A stretch of 64,000 bases of DNA from Takakia lepidozioides (lineage: Eukaryota; Plantae; Bryophyta), in assembly GCA_030704615.1 (NCBI GenBank), contig CM060733.1, positions 69,750,001 to 69,814,000 of the forward strand, in the 5' to 3' direction. Below the pieces are notes generated by a model. The model was not told where the DNA came from and did no database searches. It saw nothing but the letters and a program-made list of their open reading frames with translations. Of this stretch, positions 63,371 to 64,000 are shown one piece after another. Made by a program: the position numbers and the translations under genes. Position 1 is the first letter of the stretch, and the number at the start of each line of letters is the position of its first letter.

Positions 63371-64000
63371 GAGTTCCTCATTGGACCCCCGCAACCTTAC
63401 CAATCCATCACGGCCTGCTCTCATGGGGCCACCCCGTTGCAGCATCAGACTCTATCCACAACAAGGATTTCACCCAAGAAGCTCCCACGGAAACAATGTG
63501 AGCAACGCCGCAGGTCCGTTAACCCCTCTCCGAACAATCGTGGGTAGCGTACCGCGCTCTTTTGCGTTGCCGCTGCGCATCTCTCTGGCCCGCCGGGCGG
63601 GCAGCCATCTGCAAGGGATGAGAGCTGGCGCATGCTCATTTGACCGGCCTTCTGCAGCCTTATCCATCACGGCTCTCCTGACCACACCCAGCATGTACAG
63701 ACGAAAACTTTCAGACAGCATCCCAGCAAGAATCATGGCACCACAGACAAGTTGGCAGGCAGATAACATATAGATCGTCAAAGGCGAGCACCGCAGCCGA
63801 TCCGTGCTGCAAATCGCAGGGAGGCATACGGGCTAATCCTAAAATGAATCCGTTCTAAATTAAGAACTGGATAACTGAAAGCGATTACCGGTGCTCATGA
63901 GTTATCCAAATTGCGATTTTGTCAAGCAGTTGCTGAAAGGGTTCGGCTAGATGTACGTGGGCCCACATTGGAGTTTTCTTGCCCACACGTATGCAGTCAG

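Noticed and set aside
62400-63800. Short ORFs near the window end
   Set aside because: No recognisable domain or splice-consistent gene model.

Overview
Repeat-rich nuclear DNA of a land plant; a non-seed plant such as a bryophyte is likely but is an inference. Two host genes look intact: a 12-exon vacuolar sorting receptor (10849-18132, +) and a 5-exon plant membrane protein gene (25103-27875, -). There are also a proteasome beta-6 pseudogene and PPR(-DYW) pseudogene fragments. Most of the rest is nested, decayed transposable elements, and several carry nucleic-acid-modifying cargo. (1) A Ty3/Gypsy element (~45590-59694, +) encodes a full set of DNMT3-like C5 cytosine methyltransferase motifs between protease and RT, plus a PHD finger after integrase. 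It is split by a 4.9-kb CACTA element (clean TIRs, 3-bp TSD) carrying PPR fragments. (2) A Ty3/Gypsy element (3107-10285, -) has a dUTPase-like domain between protease and RT, an extra 5' ORF and a tRNA-Ala primer site. (3) An intron-containing fragment resembling the SAM-binding half of bacterial-type N4/N6 DNA methyltransferases (~31000-32450, -) lies beside an alternating-orientation ~145-bp GGCGCC repeat array. All TE copies are disrupted by stops, frameshifts or deletions. Assignments come from motif recognition by eye; no searches were run.
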